Source of the DNA: Lepidodermella squamata
Taxonomy: Eukaryota; Animalia; Gastrotricha
Length of the DNA stretch: 64,000 nucleotides
Direction of reading: 5' to 3'
Assembly (NCBI GenBank): GCA_047495785.1
Contig: JBLDXI010000001.1
Span: 3,844,001-3,908,000 of the forward strand
Made by a program: the position numbers and the translations under genes. Below, one piece after another: positions 47,801 to 61,202 of this stretch (positions are counted from its first letter, which is position 1; each line of letters begins with the position of its first letter). The notes under the pieces are model-generated. The model worked only from the letters and a program-made list of their open reading frames with translations. It was not told the DNA's origin and made no database searches.

Positions 47801-49779
47801 GCCATGAAAAAAACAACTTCAAATTTTGAGGCGGCTGAAAAATCAATTTATGATTTACGCCAAAGTCCAGACTTTAAAATTTGCTTATAAACACAACTGC
47901 GCGGGGTCCTTTATTGGCAATTTTAGGAAATTGAATTTTTACCTGCCGGCTTTTCTCACCAGCCAAAATCACCCTTGTTCTAGCTATATAGATCATTGTT
48001 TCTATTTTTCATTTTTTGTCTTTTTTTAAATAAATTTTTACTAAATTTTAAATTGGATATCCTCGCCGACCAGGGGGATTGTTAGGGGTGGGGTAAAATG
48101 TAATTGTAAATCCTCAAATATTACTGACTGATTTTTTACCGTCAGCTTATCTCCCTCGCCACTTTGGTCCAAAATTATCGCTATTTCGCACGTTTCTGCC
48201 CAGCACAGGGGCTTTGAGTAAGCCGCGAACAAGTGCATCTTAAAATGAAAAAAAGCGAACTAAATCCCCGTTTTTTCGTGGCCTTGTTCTTAATAACCAG
48301 CCTCAATTTTCTTGTCTGGTAACGTGGGTAAAACCTAATCTAGACGAAATTGACATTTTTGAGTTGTCCTAATTTCACATGCGAGGCAAGGTAATTTTTT
48401 TGCCCAACTTATTTTGCCTCTGAAAGACATTAATTGGACAAGATTCCATTTTTGTAAAAATTCCACTCAAATTCGATTTATTATCTCGATTTAGCCTGAT
48501 TTTTTGGTCTCTTCAAGCTATTTTTGTCGATAAAATTATCAGCCTTCAGCATTCAGCTTAATGTAACTTGTCCGATATAAATTGTCGCTGTTTTAGCGCA
48601 GGGTTACAGAATCCTTTTTTTATTCGAAAAAGTCATCTCTATATACTAAACGGCCTGCTGTCGTGTTTACCTACATTTTGCCTTCAATAAAACCGCCCAG
48701 GATCCAACATGATTGCGGAAGGATTCAATGCCGCCTGTTTTTCATACGCGCAACATATACACGTGGAGGATCGATGACGTTAGTACATTATTTGATTATC
48801 AATTTGAGCCAAAAAAATTGATGGATTTTTTACGGGCTTCCGGCTTGAAAAAAAACATGTCTTACAACTCCCGAAAATAGGCTCATTCCGACTATTTTAA
48901 TGCATTAAAAAGGCATGGGGGCAAGATTAAAATTGATTCGGTCAGACTTTTGTGGGTTTTTAGTACTTACCGAGAGTAATTTTTCTTCTTCTTCTTTCCC
49001 ACGCATTCATGGTTTCTCGCTCTTGCAATATTGATGAGTGTTTCTCAAGTTTTGCATAGCTCAGACTGTGATGATTTGTTTTGATTACTAGCTCTCACAC
49101 CTGTCACGATTTTTTTCCTTACAAGTTCCATTTCGGCTTAGATGCGACACCTAATTATTAGGGCCGTATCGATTCTCGAAAGTTATGTCGCTAGGATTTT
49201 GGGTGGAATTTAACCTCAGATCAAAGATTTTTTGCAGAATTCTGTGCTAAATCCCCTGAATCGCGACTATCCTGATTTACGCCCTATTCAGTAAAATTTA
49301 ATAGCTCAATCATTTCGCCGAGACATATTAAACCAAGCCTTAATCTGGATGAATCGATGACGTCCTCGTAAATCCCAGACTTAAAGTTGGCTTCTCGACA
49401 AAAAGTAATCAATTAAAACTGCCGACCGCACGCTTAAACCCATTCGCTTGGATAATTCGACGAAAATCGAATTTTTAAGTCCGGAAATCAGGATCGAGCT
49501 ATAAGCCGTAGCCTGTAATAACGATCCAATAACTCTCTTATTTTCATCGGGACAATAGGGTTGATAATTTCCATTTATTTGAACGGATTTTATCAATTTT
49601 CAATTTATTTTTCAATTATTTGATCAAATTATGAAATTTATTTTTTAATTTTTAAATTTTCTCAAATTTTTCACTAATTTTCAGTTTTTTCAAATTTATT
49701 AATCTTTCAATTTTTTTATTAATTTTTCAAATTTTTAGTGAATTTTTTTACTTGATCAGAAATGAAAATCTGAAGCTCG

Positions 49780-52532
49780 ATGGCAATAACTGTTCTGCCG
49801 AGCTTTGTCTCGAACACGACCAGCCGATCCCACCATCGTCTAACTACAATAACCCATCTCGTATCAACAACACCGCCTAACAACGCCTCGAATTTCGCCA
49901 ACGCCACCAATGCCTCAACCAGCTCTGAAATTTCGCTCGAAGAACGAATCGCAAACGTCGCCGTTCTATCGCCTATCCTATTCTTTGGCCTTATCGGCAA
50001 CGCTATAGTCGCCTGGGTGATAATCACCGGTAAAAACAGCACGCAACGAACCAAAAGCAACGCATACGTCCTCACGCTGGCAGTTGCTGATTTTTTATTC
50101 CTAATAAGCGGCCCGGGTAATAACTTAGTTCGATACATCCATGGCTCGAAGCAGTGGTTCCTGCCGCCATTCGCGTGTAAAATAGCCGTTTTTATGAGCT
50201 ACGCATCGGCGAACAGCGGCGCGCTAATTATCGCTTGCTTTTCAATCGAGCGATTTCTAGCCGTTCATTTCCCACTGCGGCTATTCCGATCAGTCACCCT
50301 AGGCAAGCAGTTGATTGTCGTTAGTATGGCCGTTCTACTTTCAACCGGCTACAGCACGATTTGGCTTGTTCAAGTCGGCGTAAGCCCAACAACCGGCGAG
50401 TGTACGTTTCTAGCCGCTCGTGATAAGTACCTAGTCAATTTTCTAGTCGACCTTATCGCGTTTTTCACCGTCCCTATTGTTGTTATGATTGTCGCGAATG
50501 GGTTTATTATCTATCGAATTTTGCGCGTCGGCTTCGATGATGAAGTTGCGCCGCAGAAGCAGGGCGGTCCGGCCGGGTTGGTTGTGTCACGTGACAGCCG
50601 GCGGTCGTTCTGCGGCAGTCACATGCTGTTGACGAGTTTGAACTCGGCGAACAACAGCGGCGGCGCGGTTAACAGTTCGCTGATGCATCGCAGGTGTGCG
50701 AGGACGCCGTCTTTCTCGCCGAATTCAAACGGATCGCCCGGAGATTCTAAGGTGAGTCATCGAGATCATCTAAGTTTCTACTAAATTTGAAATTAACCTG
50801 AGGAAGACGAAATTTTTTAAAATTTTAAGCACTTCCATCGTTAAGAGTGAAAATTAAGCCGTTTACCGGAATTCCGGCTCCGAACGATTCCAAACGTTTC
50901 CAGTTGCCATTTCATAGTTTGAATAACAATTATTAGCCAAACATTTATTGGCAATTTTAGCGTGAAAATACTTGACCTATTTCGTTAATTTGGCCTATTT
51001 GGAATATTTCGTTAAATTTTTCAAATTTTCGGAACTTCGTTAACAACATGGCAGAAACCTTCTAGTTCAGTTTCCTAAGCCATTTCCTAATCAATGTAGT
51101 TTTGAAAAAATCAAAATATTTGCAAAATAACCCTCAACCTAGGGTTCCATAATTAAATTTGAAGCTCTAGATTGCCCCAACATAAGTTTTTGAGTTTCAC
51201 TTGAATTTCAATTTCTATCATCATGTCTACCCAGTTGATGTCACTATTACCCATTTTTTACGTTATCGGCGGTCAGTTTACGAGTTCAATCGATAGCGAT
51301 TTCAGTATCGATTTTAGAAGTATCAGCCGTCTTGGAAAATAGCTTCAACAATTTTCCTATACAGAGCTAAGTTAGCTTTATGCTAGGTTCACGGACTCAG
51401 CGACAGATAGTCATGCTTGAAAATTCTGTCGCGCGCGACAAATTGTTGTTGTGGCTCAATTCAGGGCTGTCCGACCCTCAGGCGCCCTATTTTTTTCGTC
51501 GCGCGCGACACTGATGCGACACTCGCGACACGCGCGACATCGCTGAGTCCGTGAACAAGTGCGTGAATTTCGGCGCGCGACAAATCGCGATGCCGTGGAC
51601 CCAGCTTTAGACATTCAACTCCTAGCTTTAGGGAAGGCATCATTATAGAACAAGAAACAAAAAAGGAACGCTAATTTTAACGCTGAAACCTCAACTTTAA
51701 AGTTTTTTTTACCAATTTTATTGCCTTTTACATGAAATTTAAGCTTTAAGCTTTATATAAATGGTGGTGTTCAAATTTGTAATGGTCATAATTTTAATTT
51801 GTAATTTGATTGCCTTTTCAGCTCGCCACGAAAATGCTAGTCGCTGTCTCGGTGATATTCATCGCCACGTGCGCACCCTACCGCATATTTGTGATAGTCA
51901 ACTCTTTCGGCGGGCGGTTGCCCGACTCAAAAACCCGCACTTGGATTTCAAACTTCTGCCGCTGGCTGTGGTACTTCAACTCCGCCGTGAACCCTATCAT
52001 CTACAACATCTTATCAAACCGCTTCCGCAAGACCATCTTACAAATCTGCGTCGCAAGCACGCGCATTCTACCCAATGGCCTTAAGCGCAACTTCAGCTCT
52101 CGGCTCATTCCAACGCAGGACAGCCCGCCAGGCACCGATTACTCGTCGATGCCTACTGCTCAAATTAACATGTTATACATGAAATCACACTCGGGAACCG
52201 CGACGACGTCATGCGTCTCCCGAAGCCCATCCTCAACGCAACTAACCCCGGTTTCGCTATCGGTACCCGTTCCGCTTGATGTGATGGCTAACAGCCACTC
52301 TCTGAACCAGGTACCTTTCCGCGGCTCAAGAAACGGCCACGTGGTCGTTGGCAATGAAAACAGCGGTGAGTCAGTTTCGACCCCAGTCTCGCCGACTAAG
52401 GAGTCTCATAGCGAAGCCCTACCTGATCTGCTATTGGCGGCTAAAAATCACAAGAGGAGTGTTGACTCAGGATGTGAATGTCTGGAGAGCTACGTCAAGT
52501 CTAAAGTTACCTTCAGTACCGGTTGGACTTGA
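49780..52532 (+). CDS. TRHR: Class A neuropeptide GPCR, thyrotropin-releasing-hormone-receptor-like; exons 49780-50751, 51822-52532
   Basis: GLIGN, LAVAD, FSIERFLAVHFPL, TKML.AV..IF...APYR.FVIVNSF, NFCR...YFNSAVNPIIYNILSNRFR. Confidence 0.8.
51381..51606. mobile_element. PIF/Harbinger-like MITE in the GPCR intron
   Basis: Termini tgctaggttcacgg / ccgtggacccagct flanked by TTA; internal tcgcgcgcgaca repeats and IR 51387-51403 / 51540-51556. Confidence 0.6.
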
Positions 52533-52719
52533 TAGAAGCAATAAGGCTTTAGGTTTCATTTTTTTCAAAGCATGAGTATTATTGTCTTATCTTTTCATTC
52601 TGAGGCTTTGCTTTTTTACATGAAAAAAAACCATGTGGCTGTAATAAATTACCGGTGGAAATAAAATAATGTGTTAAGACTCGTGAGAAGCTTTAAAGAA
52701 ACTAAAACAGTATCGACTT

Positions 52720-54391
52720 TCAGTATTTCACAATGCGTAAATGGTCTTTCTTAGAAGCGCCATGCTTGCAAACCTCCTTGCCTCGGATTGCCAATTCGCA
52801 GAAGGCAAACAGCTCAATGCAAGCGTAGACAATGACAGTTGGCAAGGCCAGTATCCAATGACAAAAGCTGACGTAGAACGGCGTGCTGTCCTTGCATCCA
52901 TTGGGGAACACCGGCTCAGCCAAACGATTCGCAATGAATACACAAGCAAACCAGACATATTGCAGAGCCATAAGTCCAGCGAGAACATAAGTCAAAATAT
53001 CCTCTGAGGGGATGAGGTACCCAACTCTCGCAATACCGACGGACTTCGTGAGGGTTAGGCTTACAGGTACTGCGATCAATGAATAGATCGGCGCAGCACA
53101 TAGCAGGAGGCCATAGTACGTGAAGAATCTCAACCCCCACGAGCAAGCCGTTATCACAGTAAGTCTCCGGCTTTTCGTCATGAAGTAGTGGAAAACCTCG
53201 GCAGCTCCAATCGTCCAGCGACGGATTTGCCGGCTCCACTCGTAGACTTCGTTGAGTAACCCATCTCCTGAGGTTGGGCCACTCATAACAGCGACGTTAA
53301 GAGGCCGTATGTTGCAAAGCTTTTTGATAGCGAGACTCCACTTGATCATAGCGATTATGTCATCCATTTGATAGCCTGGGTGGACGTAACCTCCATTTTC
53401 ACATAGCTTGAGACTTAGACTGAAAACTGACATAGTGTTGATATTCCACGGAATGAGAACTCCCATGTAGAAAAAAGACCGGAGTAGTCCGACGATTCGG
53501 ACGAAGAATGGAGATTTTTCCAAGCCCATTTGGTAGAAGAGACACGGCTGCCATATTGAGGTGTGCTTAGCGTCTTCAGGCAAACTTGAATAGCTGTCCT
53601 CCAAAGATGCAGTGAAGTTTTTGCTGAAGATTGTATCGCAATCACCCAAGGTCAGAATGTGCTCGTAACTTTCGAAATCATACTCGGGATCAGAACGCAA
53701 AATGTTGACTGCCGTTCGAATGGCATAGTTGGAATTCGAACATTTGCCAGGGATTTCACCTGAAGGAAAAGAAGATATAGATTCATCGAAGCCATGCTTT
53801 CTCAATCCTACCTTTTATACCCCTGGGATGGGCAGTTACAATGAACCGGTTGAACTTCGAGGCGTATTTCAGCATCAATTCAGCCGTTTTCTGCTCTCGA
53901 TCGGGCGTACCTTGTTCCAGACCGACCACAACAGCTAACCTATCTTTCGCATCCCTTTGTTCGAGCAAGCTGTTCAAGGTGCACATCAATACATCTAAGG
54001 GTTCTTTGTACATGCAGATAACGACAATATGCTTGACCCGATCCATTTGAATGACTTCGCTTTGAGATACATCGCGTTGAGTTTGGAGGTTCTGTTGCTT
54101 TCTCAGGCATCGAACTCGATTGAAGGCTGCAATCGCCGCGACAAGCCAGATTAGTTGAATGAAGAATGTTGAAACTACAGCTACGTCGACTGCAGTTCTG
54201 TTGATCACAGGAATGACAGCAATAAACACCGGTGAAGCAACGATTAATAGGATCAGAAACAGGAAGAACAAGTTCCACCGCAGATATCTATTCGCTGGTT
54301 TGTGGCTTGGGTCGTTTGCTTGCGGTGCTTGAACCGCTAAGTCTTTATTGCCAACGAAATAAATAGGTAGAGAAACTTTGTCTTCGATCAT
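52720..54391 (-). CDS. Polytopic membrane GT2 glycosyltransferase, processive-synthase type, 539 aa; exons 54391-53812, 53759-52720
   Basis: Two N-terminal TMs, ICMYKEP, HP.GIKGEIPGKCSNSNYA, GDCD (DxD), QMDD, QIRRW (QxxRW), C-terminal TMs; 52-nt phase-1 intron; TATATAAA about 45 nt upstream. Confidence 0.82.
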
Positions 54392-55367
54392 TTTAAGAAT
54401 CAGGTTTTATTTTCCTCCAACGCGTTTACGGCTTTATATAGCTGATGGTCATCTGTTTTCTTGGCGTGATCACGCGAAAACGTGGGTAGGTTCCGCAGCC
54501 GTGCTCTGACACCGCCTCTGGATCATTCGCGCCGGGTAAACTCAGCCCCGCAATCTATAAACAGCCGAATAATAGCTGGCGTGTGCGAGACAATAAGCCA
54601 ATTACTTGCTTACGTAATGTTTATCATACTTTATTTATCATGCGGCTTCATTTCGAGGCGTTCTAAATAATTAGCCGCATTCATACACGCGCGTTTTGTA
54701 CTGGCTTTCATTGTCTCGCAAGTTGGCTCTATTGTTTTCTGTTTTTTGCGAGCCACGTGGATAATTTTGGCTTTCGCTCTGGAAATTTCCGACTTACATC
54801 GAAAGACCGCATTGCATACACAGATCAATTCAAAGGAAGAAAATATAGTCCACATGCCAGCAATTTTACATTCAGAAAAGGTTCCGAGGGACTTCATGAG
54901 CAGCCTCCGGCCGATAAAAACAGGATTGATTACATCATCATAAAATAATCGGCAATTTGCATCAATGTATGTATATCCCACGTTTTCGAAGATTAATTGG
55001 GCAATGATATCTGATGAAAATTGTAATTTTAGTATTGATTTCCTTTACAAAATTTGCAAAGCTTTTTGGTTGATCCCCAGCAATAGACGCCGCCTGTAAT
55101 AACGAAGAAGTCGATTATCAATTCAGCGAAATTTTATCCGTATCTAGATTTACACCACGTTGTTAATCCATTTCCTATTTCTTCCTTGGGTAGCCACTCA
55201 CCTGGAAAGAAATTGTCCCCGACAAATTAATACTGTGAAGTCGATTCATCGAGGATTTTATTTCCACTGCTGAAAGTTGCTGCATCAGTGATTTTGCCTA
55301 TTATTTCCTAATCAGCAAATATTACGCATTTCCTTGTTTATCGAAGTTCGAAATCAACGTAGTTCAA

Positions 55368-56873
55368 ATGTCGGGCGATATTCTACTGGCGATTAGTGGT
55401 GATATATTTCCCGAAATGACGAATGAAACAGAAGGCGAAGAAGATCACGAGACGCAGAATCTTACCGAGCGAGTCATCAACGTTGTAGTCATTTTTCCCA
55501 TCCTAGTTATCGGCTTTATCGGAAACGCAGTTCTTGTCTTGGTTTTAATGACAAAGAACAACAGGACACATCGCTATAATTGGAGCGCCTACCTTATAGC
55601 CTTAGGAGTTTTTGATCTTGTTTTCTTGGCGTCAACAGTCCTCCCAAACGGTCTTCAAATGCTGCTAGGATTTGAAGAGTTCAATGATGCGTGGCTTGTC
55701 ATCCTCAACATTTTGAGTTACGCGTCTTCAGATTCTTCAGCCTATGTCAAAATGGTGTTTTGCCTGGAGCAACTACTAACAATTTACACCCCATATCGGT
55801 TATTCGATCAGTTTTCCTTCACTGGGCCGATCGTGAAAATCACGACTGTGTCGGCTCTTGCTACGGGCCATACTCTACTTTGGATGCTTAACTCGCCAAT
55901 TCCAACAGACGATCATGAGCGGCGTGAAATCGGGGTCAAAAAGTGCGTTCTATCCAGCAGCGAGTGGCAAAGCGAGTTCGAAGTACTATGCCTGACTGAT
56001 TTCTACCTTTTCTTCGCCATTCCTTTCCTAATTGTATTGGGGTCTAGTTTCTTAATAATCTTTCGAGTTTCAAGACGTGGTCTCGGAGTGAACTTATTCC
56101 AAGGCGTCCGGGAGACAACAACTAGAATACGAAGATCGAATTTGTCCGGCAACAAAATGGCAGATCGAGTAACGAGGATTCTTCAAAACCTGCCGATTGT
56201 CAGTGATTTGCAAAATACAACCAGGCTGGTCTTAGGGGCATCGGGGATTTTCTTGGTTTCATCCCTACCCTATAGACTCTTTACTCATCTAACTTCAGTT
56301 ACAGAACAAGTAAGACATAGCATCGCAGTCCTTAGTCAAACATTGTGTATTTGTTTTTACCAGGTAATCGAGATTGAAGATCATGGAGAAGATGTTGGCG
56401 GGATTGGGATATGGCTCGAGCATTTATTCTGCTGGTGCTGGTACACCAATAGTGCCATATGTCCCCTCGGCTTTTACGTTCTCTCAAAACGTTTCCGTTA
56501 CTCGGTCTACCGCCGCTTCTGGTTCATTTTTCGGCGCTGCGAGTCAGCGAAACGCGCAACTAGGACGATGAGCGAACAAAGCCGCTATGGCCACGGATTT
56601 GGCGGTTATGAGCACGCAGCTTTGCTACGAAGATCGGCTGGTTCGAGGCTCCGTGATTTGAAGGTGTCGAAACGGAACAAAGGATCTAGGGCGTTTCGCC
56701 GCAGTGTGGTTCCAACGTTTACATTGCCACCATCTAGCAGTGACTTCAGTGACACCAGCGAGTTTACTTACACTGCGGCAAGCATTGTAGCCCTGGCTAC
56801 TCTGAAAGATAAGCATTACAAGACGCAACTGTCACGTGATATTCGATACTCGAGCACTTCATCGGTATTTTGA
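55368..56873 (+). CDS. Divergent class A GPCR (TRH-receptor-related); probable 54-nt in-frame intron 56310-56363
   Basis: GFIGN, LG.FD, FCLEQL..IY.P, LPYRLF, FCW..YTNSAICP..FYVLSKRFR; GTAAGA...TTTTACCAG inside the ORF. Confidence 0.75.
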   Translation: MSGDILLAISGDIFPEMTNETEGEEDHETQNLTERVINVVVIFPILVIGFIGNAVLVLVLMTKNNRTHRYNWSAYLIALGVFDLVFLASTVLPNGLQMLLGFEEFNDAWLVILNILSYASSDSSAYVKMVFCLEQLLTIYTPYRLFDQFSFTGPIVKITTVSALATGHTLLWMLNSPIPTDDHERREIGVKKCVLSSSEWQSEFEVLCLTDFYLFFAIPFLIVLGSSFLIIFRVSRRGLGVNLFQGVRETTTRIRRSNLSGNKMADRVTRILQNLPIVSDLQNTTRLVLGASGIFLVSSLPYRLFTHLTSVTEQVRHSIAVLSQTLCICFYQVIEIEDHGEDVGGIGIWLEHLFCWCWYTNSAICPLGFYVLSKRFRYSVYRRFWFIFRRCESAKRATRTMSEQSRYGHGFGGYEHAALLRRSAGSRLRDLKVSKRNKGSRAFRRSVVPTFTLPPSSSDFSDTSEFTYTAASIVALATLKDKHYKTQLSRDIRYSSTSSVF

Positions 56874-57348
56874 ATATTAGCCAAGTATAAAGTGTCAGCA
56901 ATGCCTAGTTTCACCATTTTTACCATGTATACAGACCTATACTTCCAAATGAAATAAATACAAACTAAGATGTTCTTGTAAAATGTTTGGTACCGCTCGT
57001 TTTTCAAAAAGGGTTAGTGGCAGTGAAAACTGTCAGCTGAAAAAAGCAAAATAGGATCGTGAACCACATACACGTTTTAACCTTCGCATAATGGCTAGTT
57101 GTTTCTCCTAATTGTCCCAAATAGATACACCTATAGCAAACCGTAAACAATTGGAACGGGTGTTTATACCCCAGAGAAACCAATTTGAAGATTCGTAACA
57201 TTAACTTTATTTACACAAGGCATACATTTTCATTGTTCGAGAAGAATAAAACTTTAATGACTACTTTAGCAATATACAATGGCCATAAAAATTTTACGAA
57301 ATCCGATAGCGAAATAGATAATTGAGCCAAAAGTTGACATGAGGCGAT

Positions 57349-59557
57349 TCATTCCTTGGAATAACAGCTGTTGGTTTTGCGGCTTTGCGACTCTTCTTTG
57401 ATACGCTTCAGTCGCTCAACAATTTTATCCTGATCGACGAATTCGAAAATGTGTGGGCTGTTGATGAAGATTCCAACTGTGCCGCCAGTTGTAACGGCTA
57501 AGAAAATTACTAATAGCAGGCGATCGATTACAAGGCCGACGTATTTCCAATCTTTAAGAACCTAAAAATACGGGAATTTCGATCAAAAGAATAAGCTCAA
57601 AGCCTAGCATTACCTGATCATAGTCATCTTCCTTCTTGAGATGGTGGGCAATGTAACGGATTGCTTGAACGGTTTTGTAAATTTCCCGTGTTAGCTGAAC
57701 ACGATGAGGACCGCCCTCCTCCCCGTTGCCTATCGCTAAACGATGCCTCAAAGACTGACCAGGCCTCATATCAGCATCCTTCCAACTGTGGCCCTGATTT
57801 TGCCAACCGTAGCCGGGATTCACATTCCAGCCATTTCCCGGCACTCCCTGAGGATTCGCAGGGCTAGGTGCCGTAGCTGAGTAGGCATTGAAATAGATCT
57901 CGTCCCTTTTCGCATGTTCACTGGGTGCTTGAAGCTGCGCAGATGACGGATGGGACATCATCAGGAATTTTGGTAGGACTTGAAGGAACACCACTCTGAC
58001 CCATCTTGGCATGGTGTGAGTCCTCGGAGTTCGAAAGCTCCAGTTTATGATAACGACTGTGACAACGATAGATATGATGTTGAGAATGAATGTGAACAAG
58101 AGGTAGCTGGCTATGAGCGGGATGGTTGTCGACGTAGGCGGCAGGATCTTCTGCAACAGTAGCAGAAACACAACAAGGGCGAGCAAGATAGAAATGGACA
58201 GGGTCATCTTTTCACCAGCATCTGCCGGCAGGTAGAACACGCAGATCGAGAGGAACGAGATCAGCACGCACGGGATGATCAAGTTGACGGTGTAGAACAG
58301 AGTCTTGCGGCGGAGCACGATTTTGAAGTCGATTCTCGTCCGGTTTGGTTCACCGTTGACACCGATGATTTTGCGGTGGTACCCAGGGCAGTCGATTACG
58401 TCCCAGGTACCGCTTTTCACATAGTCGCTCAGGTCAACATATTGGAATCCGTCCTCGAATTCCAACTCGACTTGTTCTGCATTGAAGGTCCACGAACCGA
58501 ATTTCATCTCGCATTCTTGTTGATCTAAACACATAAAGAAGATATTTAGAGAAATTATTAATGAGATACGGCCAAAGCTCATTAAATCGACGGCGTTGAT
58601 TGGTCGAAATTTGATGATTATCAAACGCGATTCAAGAAAGAGCCTCTCGCCTCTCAGGACTTCGATGAATCATAGATTGATAGGGTAATAGACTAATCCT
58701 TTGACATTTGAAACCAATGAAGAAAGCCTTAGAGTGTCTTACTATTGGCGTACTTCAAACGTTAATTTCAAACGTTGTTCCGATATCGATATGGTTGCCA
58801 GAAAAGGTTCTCAGTAATGCAATCGGGGTTAACAAATGGAAATCCCATTTTCCAAGGGGAACTCGATTACTTAGGGGTTTCTTGGCCTTAATCCTCTAAC
58901 ACCCTGAAATTCAGGTAGAAAAATCTCCTCTTTCGTCATCGGGCTACTGTAGCTCTGTCGGCTAAAGTTGACAGACCAGGGTAAGGTTCCTTGGTCGAGA
59001 TTTACGCCGCAAAACTCACCAAATGGGAAATATTTGACGTCGATGCGGCAACTCGACTTGTAAATAGCCGGTGGAATGAAGACGACAGTTTCAGATTCGC
59101 CATACAACAGCACTCTCGACTTGTAAGACACCTCATACTTGCCATCGGCATTGTTGAACAGCACAATATCCGGCTGCCAAACCTTCTCCGGTGCCATTCG
59201 AATAACCGTAATATCATCAAACTCAGTCGGGTTCCACTTCAATTGATAGTCCAACCACCGCATCCTGAGCCAGACATTCGACTTCATAACTTGATTCCTC
59301 TCATCGACAGTGATGAGTTGGATAAGGGTGAGACCGAAGCAAATTTTGATGACATCACTGACGTTCCGAGCCGGCCGGATTAGCGCGTTGTAGGAATGGA
59401 AGAGCTTGCTGACTAGCTGCACTTCTTTATCACTAGAATCGACTGAGCAAGAAGGAAAAGATTTGGGAAAAAATCAAAAATTTTATCGAAACTAACCTGA
59501 TTCAGGGCAGAATATTAGGGCGAGTAAAAAAATTGGCGCGAGAAGTAAATTCCGCAT
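57349..59557 (-). CDS. Nicotinic acetylcholine receptor non-alpha (beta1/UNC-29-like) subunit; exons 59557-59497, 59442-59020, 58524-57614, 57561-57349
   Basis: YNALIRP, VWQPDIVLFNNADG, Cys-loop [26 protein letters not shown]2 [40 protein letters not shown]; no vicinal Cys in loop C. Confidence 0.93.
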
Positions 59558-61202
59558 TTTTAGCTCATTCCGAAAAACCTGTCTGTATTATGAAAGCTGA
59601 ATGATGAATTTAGCAGGTATTTTTAGGGAATTTTTTTAGATGAGTCTGAAGGATGAGTGGTTTGAAAAGTGAGACTCAACAAAGCATTAAGCGATGGTAG
59701 AATTTTGTAATTACACGCGCCACGTATAAAAGCGGCTCGCTACAATTATTGACTGGCAACTGATACGTGAAACGGCGCCTAGAAAAGCGCGGCGGCGTGT
59801 TATGTAAATAAAAAATAATAACACTATTCATTAACAAGCGAGCGCGCTCGCGCTTTTCGCGTTGAAAGAGCGCTAAAACAGCCGAATCACGCGCGCGCAG
59901 TTTTTGCGCGCTTCCCGCCCGCCCCAGGCTGCTGCTCTATATAACACTAATGTATCGCATGAAACGTTTATGCGATAGCATGATGGTATACATCGCGTTT
60001 CAGTGGCGATGATGAACCAGGAGTGACTAGGCGTAAACTGTGTATAACCTTACAGTAGCGGGTTAAAAATAACTCGAGCGGATAAGAAAATATACCCCCA
60101 GTAAATCTATGTAATGGTTATGATGGGTTGAATAGTACGTGATTATTTAAAAAGTAGGGTACATGCATCTAGGAACATCTCGGTTTATCCCTTGAATAAA
60201 GCCCTTGAAAGGTTTTCAATATAAAATATTAATTAGGTGTTTATCAAAAGCTTATTAATTAACAAAAATGTTGCATCAAAGGATCACACTTGTTGACGCG
60301 CGATATTTATGAAAAATTTGGAATAATATTCACCGCTTTACATTAGGACGCGCGTCAAAAATTGGTTGAACTGAACGTTTTTTCGTAAAAAATTTAAATT
60401 TTTCGGGTGTCAAGGGAAGATAGTTAACATAACTAAGGAGAAAAAACCGAAATATTGCACAAATTTTTTGAAAATTCTCAGTAGATTTTCAAAATCAGCC
60501 GACGCCTCATGATGACAAGTATAAAACTGAACAGCAGATTAAAAACTAGTAGCGTGTGAAGTGCGGCTATTTTTATTGAGGCGCGATATATAATTTCGCC
60601 GCCGAACACAATGGCGCGAAAATCTGGCGGCCACGCACTAGTGACTGAGGCGATGATTGGAGAATAATGTGCGGCCTATATGTAGTCTGTGGCTTTGTTT
60701 TTGAAAAAGGCAGAATATGTATATAACAATGTAAGGATGCGACTGACTCAATATTCCAGCCTGATTTAACATGAAGAAAATGCGGCTGTAGGGTGATTAA
60801 AAAGCTTTTAGCGCAGATGGCCACTGCATCGGGTTTATCAGAGCGTGGCCGGAATGTCTCTAGTCTTCAGGCTTCACTGTTCAAGTATCATTTATTCAAA
60901 AAATTGATCCAACTCGAAAACTCAGTTTTATTTCATCACGAGTCGATATCTTGCGAATATTTACAAAATTATATAAGGATGAATCATATTATAACATGTT
61001 TTTTATGTGAATAAATGTGTCGATAATTTTCTTGGTTATGACCAACTTTTTTTTACACAGAGAGGCAACGGTGAAATTTATTTCATTTTCACAATATAAA
61101 TTATTATTGCTCTATAAAAATTTGCAAACAACTGAACTGATATTTTTTACTGGAAAAGTGCAATGTACACGTTTTTCGATGAAAAAACTATAGCGGCGTT
61201 TA

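Noticed and set aside
45050-49770. 4.7-kb region with short ORFs and a possible acceptor/uORF near 45878-45923
   Set aside because: No coding signal or repeat structure I can support; probably regulatory or 5'-UTR sequence of the GPCR
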